A stretch of DNA of 64,000 nt from Candidatus Terraquivivens tikiterensis (lineage in GTDB: Archaea; Thermoproteota; Nitrososphaeria_A; Caldarchaeales; Wolframiiraptoraceae): positions 37,236 through 101,235 of the forward strand of contig NDWU01000001.1 in assembly GCA_003056285.1 (NCBI GenBank). Direction: 5' to 3'. A model generated the notes under the pieces. That model did no database searches, was not told where the DNA came from, and saw only the letters and a program-made list of their open reading frames with translations. A program made the translations under genes and the position numbers. Of this stretch, positions 20,153 through 29,466 are shown one piece after another. The first letter of the stretch is position 1, and each line of letters opens with the position of its first letter.

Positions 20153-20575
20153 CTACTCCTCTTTCTCCGCTTCCTCCTCCAGCCCCTCGATGTAACGCCT
20201 ATACTCCTCGGCATCCATCAACCTCTCTAGCTCGCTCGGGTCGGAGATCTCCACCTTCGCTATCCATCCATCTTCGTATGGTGAATCGTTTACCAGCTCG
20301 GGCTTATCGAGCAAGTTGTTGTTTACCTCGATTACCTTTCCGCTGATTGGTGTGTAGATTTCCGACGCAACCTTCACGGACTCTATCGTGCAGAGCGTAT
20401 CCTTCTGCTTAAGCTTCTGGTTAACGCTCGGCAACTCTAGATAGATCACATCGCGTAGCTTCTTCTGCGCGTAATCCGTTATACCCATTACTGCAATCTT
20501 TTTCTTGACAACCTTAACCCATATATGGTCCTTGCTGTAGAGTAGGTCCTCCGGTATTTCAAAATCCTCAGACAC
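20153..20575 (-). CDS. gcvH: Glycine cleavage system H protein
   Basis: Lipoyl-attachment motif ..IESVKVASE.. and conserved GcvH length. Confidence 0.85.
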   Translation of the reverse strand: MSEDFEIPEDLLYSKDHIWVKVVKKKIAVMGITDYAQKKLRDVIYLELPSVNQKLKQKDTLCTIESVKVASEIYTPISGKVIEVNNNLLDKPELVNDSPYEDGWIAKVEISDPSELERLMDAEEYRRYIEGLEEEAEKEE

Positions 20576-20634
20576 CTGCTGTGCACCTAAAGCGCCCGCA
20601 ATCGAGCCTCGTATTTAAAAATTTCCTAATGGCC

Positions 20635-21000
20635 TTACCTCAGCATCTCGCTGAGCCTCTTATACTCGCCCTCTTTATAAACCAGGATCTCTGTCTCGAG
20701 CTTTACCCGCATACCCAGCCTCCTGAATAGCTGGAGCAGCGTGCCGCCGTCGACCTTTCCCTGCAAGGCTCCCTTCTCTGCCAGCTCCACCAGCTTGCCT
20801 ATTATGGCCTTCGTCTGCTCCGGGTACTGCTCGAGGGCTGCGTTGAGTACATCCTCCGCCCTATCGCCGAGGAACGGCTTAAGCCTCTCCATCGGGTCCT
20901 TCTCAACAGCTTTGGGTTGCCCAAGCCCTTGCGCTGTCTGCATAAGTTGACGTAACTTTCTCATCTGTATCCTCTTGAGCTCCAAGTCCTCTCCTGACAT
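20635..21000 (-). CDS. PDCD5-like dsDNA-binding protein
   Basis: MSGEDLELKRIQMRKLRQLMQ.. is a PDCD5/TFAR19-like N-terminus. The start was trimmed from the long ORF to the Met at 21000, which gives a typical 122-aa protein. Confidence 0.55.
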   Translation of the reverse strand: MSGEDLELKRIQMRKLRQLMQTAQGLGQPKAVEKDPMERLKPFLGDRAEDVLNAALEQYPEQTKAIIGKLVELAEKGALQGKVDGGTLLQLFRRLGMRVKLETEILVYKEGEYKRLSEMLR

Positions 21001-21333
21001 GGCCAAGGTGAAGGTACCCGAATCTACATATAGCTTTTTTCTAAAGCGTACGAGCTTTAACACCGTTAGCGGGAAATTCACGCGCTCCGGCGGTATGGGC
21101 GTACAAAGCCATACCCGGAAGTGCGGATGCTTCTGCCAATGCGGGCATCCAAGACGATCGTACGATGAACCCGTCAGAGTACTGATGGTGAGGTGCAAAA
21201 GCCCAGCTAATATGCAAGCCCTACCCCTAAGCCAGAGCATAAAGAAGGGCTGCTTGGGACCCTTGGGCTCTGCAGGCTTACAATCGCTTTTAGCCGTCCG
21301 GAACGGGAGAGTTCCGAGCATGACCGAGCTCCG

Positions 21334-21445
21334 GGATGGGGCAGGCCCGATACGCCTGCCGAGCTGAGGCCTCTGCGTGTAGATATGCCGGCAGGCTCCG
21401 TCTTTGAAGCAGGAAAACCAAGGGCTTCGGCAGCAGGTAGCTCAC
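21334..21445 (+). repeat. Family A repeated intergenic element, copy 3
   Basis: Shares GATGGGGCAGGCCCGATACGCCTGC, GTCTTTGAAGCAGGAAAACC and GTAGCTCAC with copies 1 and 2. It abuts and overlaps the stop codon of the pyrF-pyrE fusion gene. Confidence 0.55.
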
Positions 21446-22752
21446 GCGCCCTTTGTCATGAGGTCCTTGAGCGTGGACGTGTTTGTGAGGGGGCGTAGCT
21501 TTACGCCGACGTCCCTCAGCCTCTCCGCCGCGCCCTCCTCCCTGTCGAACACGACGTAGTATGCCAGCACGATGCCGCCCAGCTCCGACACAGCCCTGAC
21601 ACAAGCCTCCGCCGTCTCGCCCGTTGTCGTTAAATCATCGACGCAGATTATCCTATCCCCACGCTGCACCACGCCCTCTACCTTCCTTCCAGTGCCGTAA
21701 CCCTTCTCCTTATGCCTGACGTACACCAGCCCTTTGGACAGCCTGTCTGCGACTATCGATGCCATGGGTATGCCGGCCGTCTCCGTCGTGGCCACTTTGT
21801 CGAAGTCGTTGTTCCCCTCTAGGCTTATCTTCACGAGCATAAGCTCTGCTATCCTGCTCCTCGGCCCTGGGTGCGAGTAAAGGGACCTGATGTCTACGTA
21901 GTAGTCGCTTTCCTTCCCGCTGGATAGTACGAAGGGCTTGTCCGGCGAGTACCTATATACGCCTGGCGTCCTTAGTATCTCCCGAGCGGCGTTTATGCGT
22001 ATCCAGGCATCGGTTAAGGCCTCCCTGTATTCGGCAGCTGCTTTTTCTGGCTCGTTGGATTCTATTATGGACCTGCCGACGTTTACCAGTACGTTCCAGC
22101 CGCCATAAACGATTGCCTTCTCTAGGTCACCGCCCTGCGCACCTATGCCAGGAAAGAGCATTATAGGATCCTCGCCAACGGCATTCCTTACGGCGCTTAC
22201 GTCTTCTGCTGAGGCTGTTTCCGTCGCGCTGACGACGAGGCCGTCGGCTCCCGATGCCCTCGCGTCTTCTGCAAGGATTTCAAAAAGCCTTCTACCGCCG
22301 ACCTCCAGCTTGAACAGCCTTACGGACTCAGGGTTTGAAGGCAGAACGACGGAGAATACTCCAAGCCCCAGGCTGTGGGCTGCTTCCGTCAATTGGCTTA
22401 GGTTTCCGAAAATCGGGTTTACCGTAAGACCGTCGTAGCCCATGTCTCTAACCATTCCGATGCCCATCGTAGCCGTGCTCGTTATGTCCGAAAGCTTACA
22501 GTCGTACAGCGTCAATGCGCCGACCTCTTTGCAGAGCTGCGTTATCTCTTGGTGGTCCTCCATGCTTAGGTGCCTGGTGTAGTTCTCGTTAACCTTGAAG
22601 GCTATGGCATAGGGCGCAATCCGCTCCACGAGCCGCTTTAGCCTCTCGACGTATTCCTTCCTAGACCCTCCCGTCCTCTTCACGTCAAGCGATATGCAGA
22701 GTATACTGCCCTTTTTCCTCCTAAGCTCAGCGTATCTCTCCAAGAACGACAT
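21442..22752 (-). CDS. pyrF/pyrE: Bifunctional orotidine-5'-phosphate decarboxylase / orotate phosphoribosyltransferase, fused with ODCase N-terminal
   Basis: N-terminal ODCase motifs: D-x-K-x-x-D (LYDCKLSD) and PGIGAQGG. C-terminal type I PRTase motif IICVDDLTTTGET. One continuous 436-aa frame. Confidence 0.85.
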   Translation of the reverse strand: MSFLERYAELRRKKGSILCISLDVKRTGGSRKEYVERLKRLVERIAPYAIAFKVNENYTRHLSMEDHQEITQLCKEVGALTLYDCKLSDITSTATMGIGMVRDMGYDGLTVNPIFGNLSQLTEAAHSLGLGVFSVVLPSNPESVRLFKLEVGGRRLFEILAEDARASGADGLVVSATETASAEDVSAVRNAVGEDPIMLFPGIGAQGGDLEKAIVYGGWNVLVNVGRSIIESNEPEKAAAEYREALTDAWIRINAAREILRTPGVYRYSPDKPFVLSSGKESDYYVDIRSLYSHPGPRSRIAELMLVKISLEGNNDFDKVATTETAGIPMASIVADRLSKGLVYVRHKEKGYGTGRKVEGVVQRGDRIICVDDLTTTGETAEACVRAVSELGGIVLAYYVVFDREEGAAERLRDVGVKLRPLTNTSTLKDLMTKGA

Positions 22753-23029
22753 CGTTACACCCTCTCTTCCCAGTTTGTAGGGTAGAGCGTCGAGGCCCTT
22801 ATCACTTTTGCCCAGAAAGCCCTGGCCTTTAACTTTAGATCCGGTAAACGGGCTTGGAGTAGGCCCACGGCTACAGCGGCGGGCGGCTCACGAATGCTAC
22901 CATAGCCGAGAATCCCGAGAGCCCCTCCCATGCCTGCTGCCCAACCAACAAACTTCAGGCCGCAAGGCTTCCGATGCCGTTGCCCAGAGAGCCGTTCGTA
23001 GGCCTTTAAGGCCAAGGCGGAGCTGTTGG

Positions 23030-24487
23030 TTAACCATCCGACGGCGGCGACCTGCCGAGCCTTACGCCCCTCAGCCTTATGGCCGGACCGCCGAACCAGA
23101 CGGGCAAGCTCTGCATGGGTTCGCTCTTGCCGCAGTACCCGGCATAGAACCTTACGTCCTTGCCGACGGCGTCGATCGAGGAGTAAAGGCCCTTCGTCGT
23201 CAGCTCGATGGTCGCGTTCCTTAACATAGAAACAAGCCTGCCGTTCCTTATGAGGTAGGCCTCCAGCCCAACGTACCTCTGGTTCCACCTCCTGTCGTCT
23301 ATGTTCCACTCCATGTAGGAGCTTATGTAAACGCCATACCTGACGCCCTCTATCAACTCCTCGAGCGAGTGGTCTCCGGGCTTCATGTAAGTGTTGGCCA
23401 TACGGACTATCGGCTCGACGTCGTAAAGGCTCGCCCTCGAGGACCCGTTGCTGAGCGTTCCAAACTCTGCCGCCGTTTCCCTGTTGTGCAGCAGCTCGTT
23501 TATCCTTCCTCCCTCGATGAGTACCCTCTCCCTTGCCTCGACGCACTCGTCATCGTAAAGGTAGTAGCCGAAGGAGTTCGGCAGCCTCGGGTCATCAACG
23601 ATCGTAACGTGCTCCGAGCCTATCCGTTCGCCGATAAGCTCCCGTGTCACGTAAGTCTCGCCGCCCTGCGCCGCCTCCCTCCCAAGGACCCTATCGGCCT
23701 CCAAGGGATGTCCAGCAGACTCGTGGCAGATTATCCCCACGAGCTCAGGCCCCAGCACGACGTCGAGCGTGTCCGTAGGAGGCTCGACGGCCTCCGTCAG
23801 GATCTTGGCGAGCTTGCTCGCCTCCTCAGGAACCCTCTCGTCGAGGGCCCACCTCTCCGCCCTCTCCCAGCCTCCGGACTCCCCCATGTTCTCGAACCTC
23901 TGAACTGTTCCTTTTCCGGCTTTTGCCGCTGTCAGCATGTAGGAGAACATGCTCCTCGGTATGCGGCTACGGACGCTCGAGCCCTCTGAAGTAACTACGT
24001 GCTTCTCGGTTATCATGTAGCCGATGCTGAGGAACCTCGTCGGAAGCTTTACGCCGTCGCGGGAAGCTGCTGAGACGCTCCTTCCGTCAACCTCCTTAAG
24101 CAGCTCAACCTTCGAGTCGGGATCGACGTACTCTGGCTTTACCCTTGGCTTGATGACGTACTCTGCTTTCGTGGACTTAGCGTCAGCCATCCTTATGGCA
24201 TTCTTTACGGCCCTCGAGGAGGCCTTCGCGAGCGTAACGGCCTTTGCTACGGCATCCCTTACGTCCGTCCTCCTCATCATGTTCGTCGATGCAAAACCCA
24301 TGGAGCCAGAAACGATGACCCTTACGGATAAGCCCCTGCTCTTGCCGAAGGCCGGTGCCTCGGGAACGCCGTTCCTCAGCGTGAACTCCTCGAAATAGTC
24401 AGATTGGTACCTTGCTTCCGCATAAGAGGCACCAACCTTCATGGCATAATCGACGGCATAATTTAGAAGGTCCTCCATGGCCGTCAC
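23030..24487 (-). CDS. tldD: TldD/PmbA family metalloprotease (peptidase U62)
   Basis: Full-length TldD-like sequence, 485 aa, with conserved N- and C-terminal blocks including HESAGHPLE. Confidence 0.8.
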   Translation of the reverse strand: MTAMEDLLNYAVDYAMKVGASYAEARYQSDYFEEFTLRNGVPEAPAFGKSRGLSVRVIVSGSMGFASTNMMRRTDVRDAVAKAVTLAKASSRAVKNAIRMADAKSTKAEYVIKPRVKPEYVDPDSKVELLKEVDGRSVSAASRDGVKLPTRFLSIGYMITEKHVVTSEGSSVRSRIPRSMFSYMLTAAKAGKGTVQRFENMGESGGWERAERWALDERVPEEASKLAKILTEAVEPPTDTLDVVLGPELVGIICHESAGHPLEADRVLGREAAQGGETYVTRELIGERIGSEHVTIVDDPRLPNSFGYYLYDDECVEARERVLIEGGRINELLHNRETAAEFGTLSNGSSRASLYDVEPIVRMANTYMKPGDHSLEELIEGVRYGVYISSYMEWNIDDRRWNQRYVGLEAYLIRNGRLVSMLRNATIELTTKGLYSSIDAVGKDVRFYAGYCGKSEPMQSLPVWFGGPAIRLRGVRLGRSPPSDG

Positions 24488-24515
24488 TTAGCGCTCCAAA
24501 AACATAATTAAATTT

Positions 24516-24785
24516 TTAAACCCTTTTCGGGAGGAACTTCTCCTGCTCCTTATCCCTCATGCTTAGGATGGCCTGAGCCCTATGCAGCAGCAGCCTTGCC
24601 TTTTGGTAAAGGTTCTTAGCGGTCTCCAGCTCGCTCTCCGTAAGCTTTTGCTTGAGCATAATGTCCTCAAGCTTTGAGCTGACCTCCTGGAGGATCTCTA
24701 CCACGAGCTCGAGCCTACTCTCGCTCTCCACGGAGAATTGGCAAAACTTTAGCTCCTCCTCTATGTCGGCCAGCAGCGTACTCAT
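24516..24785 (-). CDS. Hypothetical coiled-coil protein, 89 aa
   Basis: Heptad-rich acidic/basic sequence. No family was recognised. Confidence 0.3.
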   Translation of the reverse strand: MSTLLADIEEELKFCQFSVESESRLELVVEILQEVSSKLEDIMLKQKLTESELETAKNLYQKARLLLHRAQAILSMRDKEQEKFLPKRV

Positions 24786-24922
24786 CCCTAGAGTATATTC
24801 TTAACTAAGCATCTCTTAAAGAGTTTTTCCCTACGGTATTCGGTTGCTGGGGCTCTTATAAATCCGTCCCATCTCAACGCTGGGTCGTAGAGTGAATTTT
24901 TTATACATCCACCCAATTAAGC

Positions 24923-25648
24923 ATGGGCATGATCGGCCAGCCGCAGCACATAAAAGCCGCGAGGGGCGACGTAGCCGAGAGGGCCGTGGTCGCAGGGGAC
25001 CCGGCCAGGGTCGTTCAACTTTCTAGAATGCTAGAGGGCGCAAGGCTCGTTAACGAGAACCGTGGCTTCTTGACCTACACGGGCTACTTTAACGGTACGC
25101 CCATAACCGTTTCCTGTCATGGCGTCGGCGGGCCATCGTCCGCGATAGTCTTCGAGGAGCTTGTCATGCTTGGTGCTAAAGCCATCGTTAGGCTCGGAAC
25201 GACGGGCGCTTTTCTAAGGCACATGAAGGTCGGCGAGGTCGTGATCCCAACAGGAGCGGCATACTTAGGGGGAGCTCTGGCGCAGTACATACCCGATGCT
25301 CACATAACGCCAGTTCCCAGCTTCGACGTGACGTGCGAGCTGGTTAACGCCGCCAAGGAAGAGGGGCTGACGTACCATATAGGTCCCGTGTTCTCTAGCG
25401 ATGCATTCTATGCCGAGGATCCTGAGTTCGTCAAGAAATGGTCTGGCAAGGGTTATGTATCCGTCGAGATGGAGTGCGCTACAATATTCGGCCTCGGGAT
25501 GCTAAGGGGTGTAAAGACAGGCGCCATGCTCCTCATAAGCGACAACTTGGCCGAGATGACCCCGATGGTGGATGCCGAGTACCTTAAGCCTTATGTCGAA
25601 AAAGCAGGAAGGGCGGTACTCAAAGCACTACTCAGAATCAAGCTCTAG
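24923..25648 (+). CDS. Purine or uridine nucleoside phosphorylase, PNP/UDP phosphorylase family 1
   Basis: DeoD/MTAP-like blocks (..VSCHGVGGPSSAIVFEEL.., ..GYVSVEMECATIFGLG..). Confidence 0.8.
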   Translation: MGMIGQPQHIKAARGDVAERAVVAGDPARVVQLSRMLEGARLVNENRGFLTYTGYFNGTPITVSCHGVGGPSSAIVFEELVMLGAKAIVRLGTTGAFLRHMKVGEVVIPTGAAYLGGALAQYIPDAHITPVPSFDVTCELVNAAKEEGLTYHIGPVFSSDAFYAEDPEFVKKWSGKGYVSVEMECATIFGLGMLRGVKTGAMLLISDNLAEMTPMVDAEYLKPYVEKAGRAVLKALLRIKL

Positions 25649-26413
25649 TGACGCATCCTCCAGAACAGACTTGAGCGACGTTATAAAGTCGGCTACCTTC
25701 TTCCTTGCGACGCTCGCGACGTTCTCCTCTATTATGTTGACTAGCTCGCTTCCTACGACTATACCGTCAACCATGCCCGCCAACATCTTCGCATAGCGCG
25801 GTTCTCTTATACCGAAGCCTGCCGCCAGAGGTATGCCGCCTATCAACCCCCTCGCCCTCATGATGGACTTCGTCGGGTCCACGTAAGCCACCTCGCCCGT
25901 AATCGGGGAAAGCCCAACGTAGATGAATGCAGGGTTATGGCTCGCCATGGTCTTGATCGTTCCATCCGGATAATTGTAGTTTGCGAAGAAAACCTTTTCG
26001 AGGCGTGCCGCATCGCTGGCCTTTGCATACGACACCAAAGCTTCAGGGGAGACCATGCCCAGGTCAGGTATGAGAACGCCCGAGGCCCCAGTCCTTGCTA
26101 CGGAGCGCATGAACCCGGCCAGCTCTCCGGCAGTACCTAGATAGCACAGAATAATCTTGGTCGCATCCACATTGCCAGCGATTTCCAGCGCCGCTTCCCT
26201 ATTTATGCCATTCTCCTTTGCCCTCCAGTAGGACGTCCTTATGCTTGCACCGTCGTAAAAGGCAACCCTCGGCGGTATGCCAAGCTCCAATATATCGGCT
26301 CCAGAGCTTTTGAGTATATCGGAGTACTCCATGAACGCGTCACGCGTCGGGTACCCTAAGGTCATGTAGGCAACAAGGAATTTCTTTTTCTCCACGATTT
26401 TCCGCATGCTCAA
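25628..26413 (-). CDS. trpA: Tryptophan synthase alpha chain
   Basis: TIM-barrel TrpA layout with the ..ILELGIP.. region, at the distal end of the trp operon. Confidence 0.75.
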   Translation of the reverse strand: MSMRKIVEKKKFLVAYMTLGYPTRDAFMEYSDILKSSGADILELGIPPRVAFYDGASIRTSYWRAKENGINREAALEIAGNVDATKIILCYLGTAGELAGFMRSVARTGASGVLIPDLGMVSPEALVSYAKASDAARLEKVFFANYNYPDGTIKTMASHNPAFIYVGLSPITGEVAYVDPTKSIMRARGLIGGIPLAAGFGIREPRYAKMLAGMVDGIVVGSELVNIIEENVASVARKKVADFITSLKSVLEDASLELDSE

Positions 26414-27060
26414 TAATCCTCAGCCCGCCTGGCATTCTTTACGAACTCGAAAACCTTCTTTCTGTCCTTTATCCCCGGGCTAATTTCGACGCCAGACGAT
26501 ACGTCGACGGCATATGGCCTCACCTTATGTATTGCATCCGACACGTTTTCAGGCGTTAGACCGCCTGCGAGTATCAGCGGCTTAGGGTAGAGGCACTCGA
26601 CAAGCCTCCTTCCATTCTCCCAATCGTGGACCTTTCCTTGACCACCGTACCCTCCGACGAGCGAGTCGAGAAGAAAAGCGTCGAAACAATTCAACAAATT
26701 CTTCAGACGTCCAGGGTCATGGATTTCACGAGCATCGAAGGCTTTTATCAACTTGATGCTTGGAAAGGCCTCCCGCAAACTTTTAGCGTCCAAAAGATCG
26801 CTATGTATTTGTAGGGCAGAGGGGTTGAGCATGTTGCAAACTCTAAGAATCTCTTCGACATCCGACGTAACGGTCACGAGAACGCTGTCCACGAAGACCG
26901 GCACCTTTTTTATAAGCTCCCTAGCCCTTTCGTACGTCAGGTTTCTCGGCGAGAGCGGCGATGCGACGACAAACCCTACGGCATCAGCACCAGCGTTTAC
27001 GGCATCCAATAGGTCTTGCTCACGGGTTATACCGCAAATTTTTACCCTAACGTACGTCAT
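26410..27060 (-). CDS. trpF: Phosphoribosylanthranilate isomerase
   Basis: N-terminal VKICGIT motif; 216 aa. Confidence 0.8.
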   Translation of the reverse strand: MTYVRVKICGITREQDLLDAVNAGADAVGFVVASPLSPRNLTYERARELIKKVPVFVDSVLVTVTSDVEEILRVCNMLNPSALQIHSDLLDAKSLREAFPSIKLIKAFDAREIHDPGRLKNLLNCFDAFLLDSLVGGYGGQGKVHDWENGRRLVECLYPKPLILAGGLTPENVSDAIHKVRPYAVDVSSGVEISPGIKDRKKVFEFVKNARRAEDY

Positions 27061-27835
27061 AAACCCTCACAAGCTCCCTTACCCTTGCCTCGACGTCCGT
27101 CGAAGTCATTATGTACGTCCCAACCAGGAAAGCATCCGCGCCGAGGTTTTTCAGCAGGACGACGTCCTCAGGACCTTTTATACCGCTCTCGCATACGATG
27201 GGTTTACGCTTAGCCTTTAAGTTTTTGAGTATGCGCTCAGAAACGCCGAGGTCCACCCTTAGCGTCTCCAAATCACGATTGTTTATCCCGAGCATGTCAG
27301 CCTCCGTATCCATGCCAGAAATAAACTCCTCCTCGGTATGCGTCTCCAAAAGCACCTCGAGGCCCAACGAGTGAGCCGTTTTTATCATCTCATCCAAATC
27401 TTCGTCGCACATCCTTTGGTCGTAAACCCTCTTGATCAACAGGACTGCATTAGCTCCCAACCTCGATGCCGCATCCAGCTGCACGTCGCTAACGATTATG
27501 TCCTTCATGAGTACGGGTATGCTGACGGTTTCCCTGACAATCCTTAGATTTTCTAACGAGCCGTTAAAGAAATCGCTCTCCGTCAAAACCGATACGCCAA
27601 CGGCTCCTCCGCGCTCCATGGCTCTAGCCACCGCTTTGACGTCAGCATGCACACGCCTCCTCATGGTTGGAGATGCCTGCTTCAACTCAGCTACGATGGG
27701 GACGAATTTGCAGGTAAGCATCGCATCCTTCAGGCTTAGTGGCTTTGGAGGTTTTACGGAGTAATCTATGGAGTAATAGCCGTTCTTCACGCGCTCGATG
27801 GACTTTTTGACCAAGACTTCAAGAAAGCCTGCCAT
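27047..27835 (-). CDS. trpC: Indole-3-glycerol phosphate synthase
   Basis: IGPS-family blocks (..VPIVAELKQASP.., ..LGINNRDL..). Confidence 0.85.
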   Translation of the reverse strand: MAGFLEVLVKKSIERVKNGYYSIDYSVKPPKPLSLKDAMLTCKFVPIVAELKQASPTMRRRVHADVKAVARAMERGGAVGVSVLTESDFFNGSLENLRIVRETVSIPVLMKDIIVSDVQLDAASRLGANAVLLIKRVYDQRMCDEDLDEMIKTAHSLGLEVLLETHTEEEFISGMDTEADMLGINNRDLETLRVDLGVSERILKNLKAKRKPIVCESGIKGPEDVVLLKNLGADAFLVGTYIMTSTDVEARVRELVRVYDVR

Positions 27836-28877
27836 GCGTTTCCTCCATCCTTTCGAGTTTGGATGGGTCGCCGTTGAGCTTCACCAGCTCCTTCAACTTT
27901 TTGTATGCCTTTCCGCTATCCAGGGACTCCCTTGCCAGCTCCATGCCCTCGACAAAGTTGTCCGCCCGCCCTCCCAGGATTATGCCAAGGGCTGCGTTGA
28001 CGAGGACGGCGTCAGCCTTCGGGCCGGTTCTACCGTTCAGGACCATGAACGCTATCCGCGCCGCTTCCTCCCGCGTTCTAATCTCCAGGTCTTCCCGCCT
28101 ACATGGCTTAACGCCAAAATCTCTTGGCACCACCTCCAGCATCTTAACTTCCATGCCCCTCAACCAGGCGACCCTTGTCTTACCCATTGTTGACACCTCA
28201 TCCAAACCGTTAAGGCCGTGAACGACGAAGGCCTCCTCGCACCCTAGGTTCATCAGAGTATGTGCCATCTTGTTCAGTATTCTCCCATCGCATACACCCA
28301 GGAGCTGGGCGTTTACGCCGGCCGGGTTCGCTAGCGGCCCGATAACGTTGAACGTTGTCCTTATCCCTATCTCACCCCTAACCCGCTGAGCGTTCTTCAT
28401 GGCAGGATGGAAATGCGGCGCGAACATAAAACCTATGCCGACCTCCTCGATGGCCCTTTCGACAGACTCTGGCTCCTGCTCAAGCTTCAAACCAAGCATT
28501 TCGAGCAGATCGGCGCTGCCGCACTTGCCGGAAACTGCCCTATTCCCGTGCTTTGCCACCCTAACGCCTGCTCCAGCGACCACGAAGGCCGCGACGGTAC
28601 TTATGTTGAATGTTTTGATGCTGTCACCGCCGGTCCCGCACATGTCTATGAGCCTTCCGCTTATTCTAGGCCTAACTTTGCGACAGCATTCCCTCATAAC
28701 CTTCGCGAGGGCCGTTAGCTCCACGACCGTCTCGCCCTTCATCCTGAGGGCCGTTAGAAAGCTCGCGAGCTGGGCGTCGGTAACGTTACCATCCACTATC
28801 TCCCTCATAGCCTCCTCAGCCTCCTCGTAGCTAAGGTTTTGCCCATCAACGAGCTTCTTAACGATGTCCACGAACAT
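27819..28877 (-). CDS. trpD: Anthranilate phosphoribosyltransferase
   Basis: Signature ..DMCGTGGDS..TFNIST.. and glycine-rich loops. Confidence 0.9.
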   Translation of the reverse strand: MFVDIVKKLVDGQNLSYEEAEEAMREIVDGNVTDAQLASFLTALRMKGETVVELTALAKVMRECCRKVRPRISGRLIDMCGTGGDSIKTFNISTVAAFVVAGAGVRVAKHGNRAVSGKCGSADLLEMLGLKLEQEPESVERAIEEVGIGFMFAPHFHPAMKNAQRVRGEIGIRTTFNVIGPLANPAGVNAQLLGVCDGRILNKMAHTLMNLGCEEAFVVHGLNGLDEVSTMGKTRVAWLRGMEVKMLEVVPRDFGVKPCRREDLEIRTREEAARIAFMVLNGRTGPKADAVLVNAALGIILGGRADNFVEGMELARESLDSGKAYKKLKELVKLNGDPSKLERMEETHGRLS

Positions 28878-28878
28878 T

Positions 28879-29466
28879 TCAAAAACCTTCCAAGAAGTTC
28901 TTTAGGATCTTCTTACCCTCCTCGCTCATCACAGACTCCGGATGGAACTGCACGCCCTCTATAGGGTACTTCACGTGACGGACGCCCATTATTTCGTAGT
29001 CGTCGAGCGATACGGCCGTAACGGCGAGGCATGATGGCAGGGATCCCTTATCCCCGCAGAGGGAATGGTACCTGGCAACCCTTAGAGGGTTCTTGACGTT
29101 TTTGAAAACGCCCATGCCATCATGTATGATCGTGCTGGTCTTTCCGTGCATTGGCCTTTTAGCTCTTACGATCTTGCCCCCGAAGGCGTAGATTATGCTC
29201 TGATGCCCTAAGCAAACGCCGAGCGTGGGTATCCTTGGGCCTAGCTCCCTGATTATCTCGATACACGACCCTACGTACCTCGGGTCTTGTGGATGCCCGG
29301 GACCCGGCGATATTATTATCCTATCGGGCTCCAGCTTCTTGATGCGCTCTAAAGTTATTTCGTCGTTCCTGTAAACAAAAGGCTTGCCGCCTAGCTCGCC
29401 CACATACTGGACAAGGTTGTAAACGAAGGAATCATAGTTGTCTACTATTAGGACCCTCATCCCCAT
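28879..29466 (-). CDS. trpG: Anthranilate synthase component II (glutamine amidotransferase)
   Basis: Class I GATase triad context: GVCLGHQ and ..FHPES.. Confidence 0.9.
   Translation of the reverse strand: MGMRVLIVDNYDSFVYNLVQYVGELGGKPFVYRNDEITLERIKKLEPDRIIISPGPGHPQDPRYVGSCIEIIRELGPRIPTLGVCLGHQSIIYAFGGKIVRAKRPMHGKTSTIIHDGMGVFKNVKNPLRVARYHSLCGDKGSLPSCLAVTAVSLDDYEIMGVRHVKYPIEGVQFHPESVMSEEGKKILKNFLEGF

Noticed and set aside
19975-20214. 79-aa basic ORF between the acetyl-CoA synthetase and gcvH genes
   Set aside because: RRKRRKRSRYRG-type low-complexity composition. It overlaps the gcvH 3' end and lies in the promoter region of the synthetase gene; unlikely to be coding.
22755-23546. 263-aa Arg-rich minus-strand ORF overlapping the 3' end of tldD, plus companion ORFs 22808-23224 (+) and 23026-23229 (+)
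   Set aside because: It overlaps a well-supported gene out of frame, and its Arg/Pro/Gly-rich low-complexity composition is typical of GC-rich alternate frames. Only its last ~60-86 codons, outside tldD, are considered separately.
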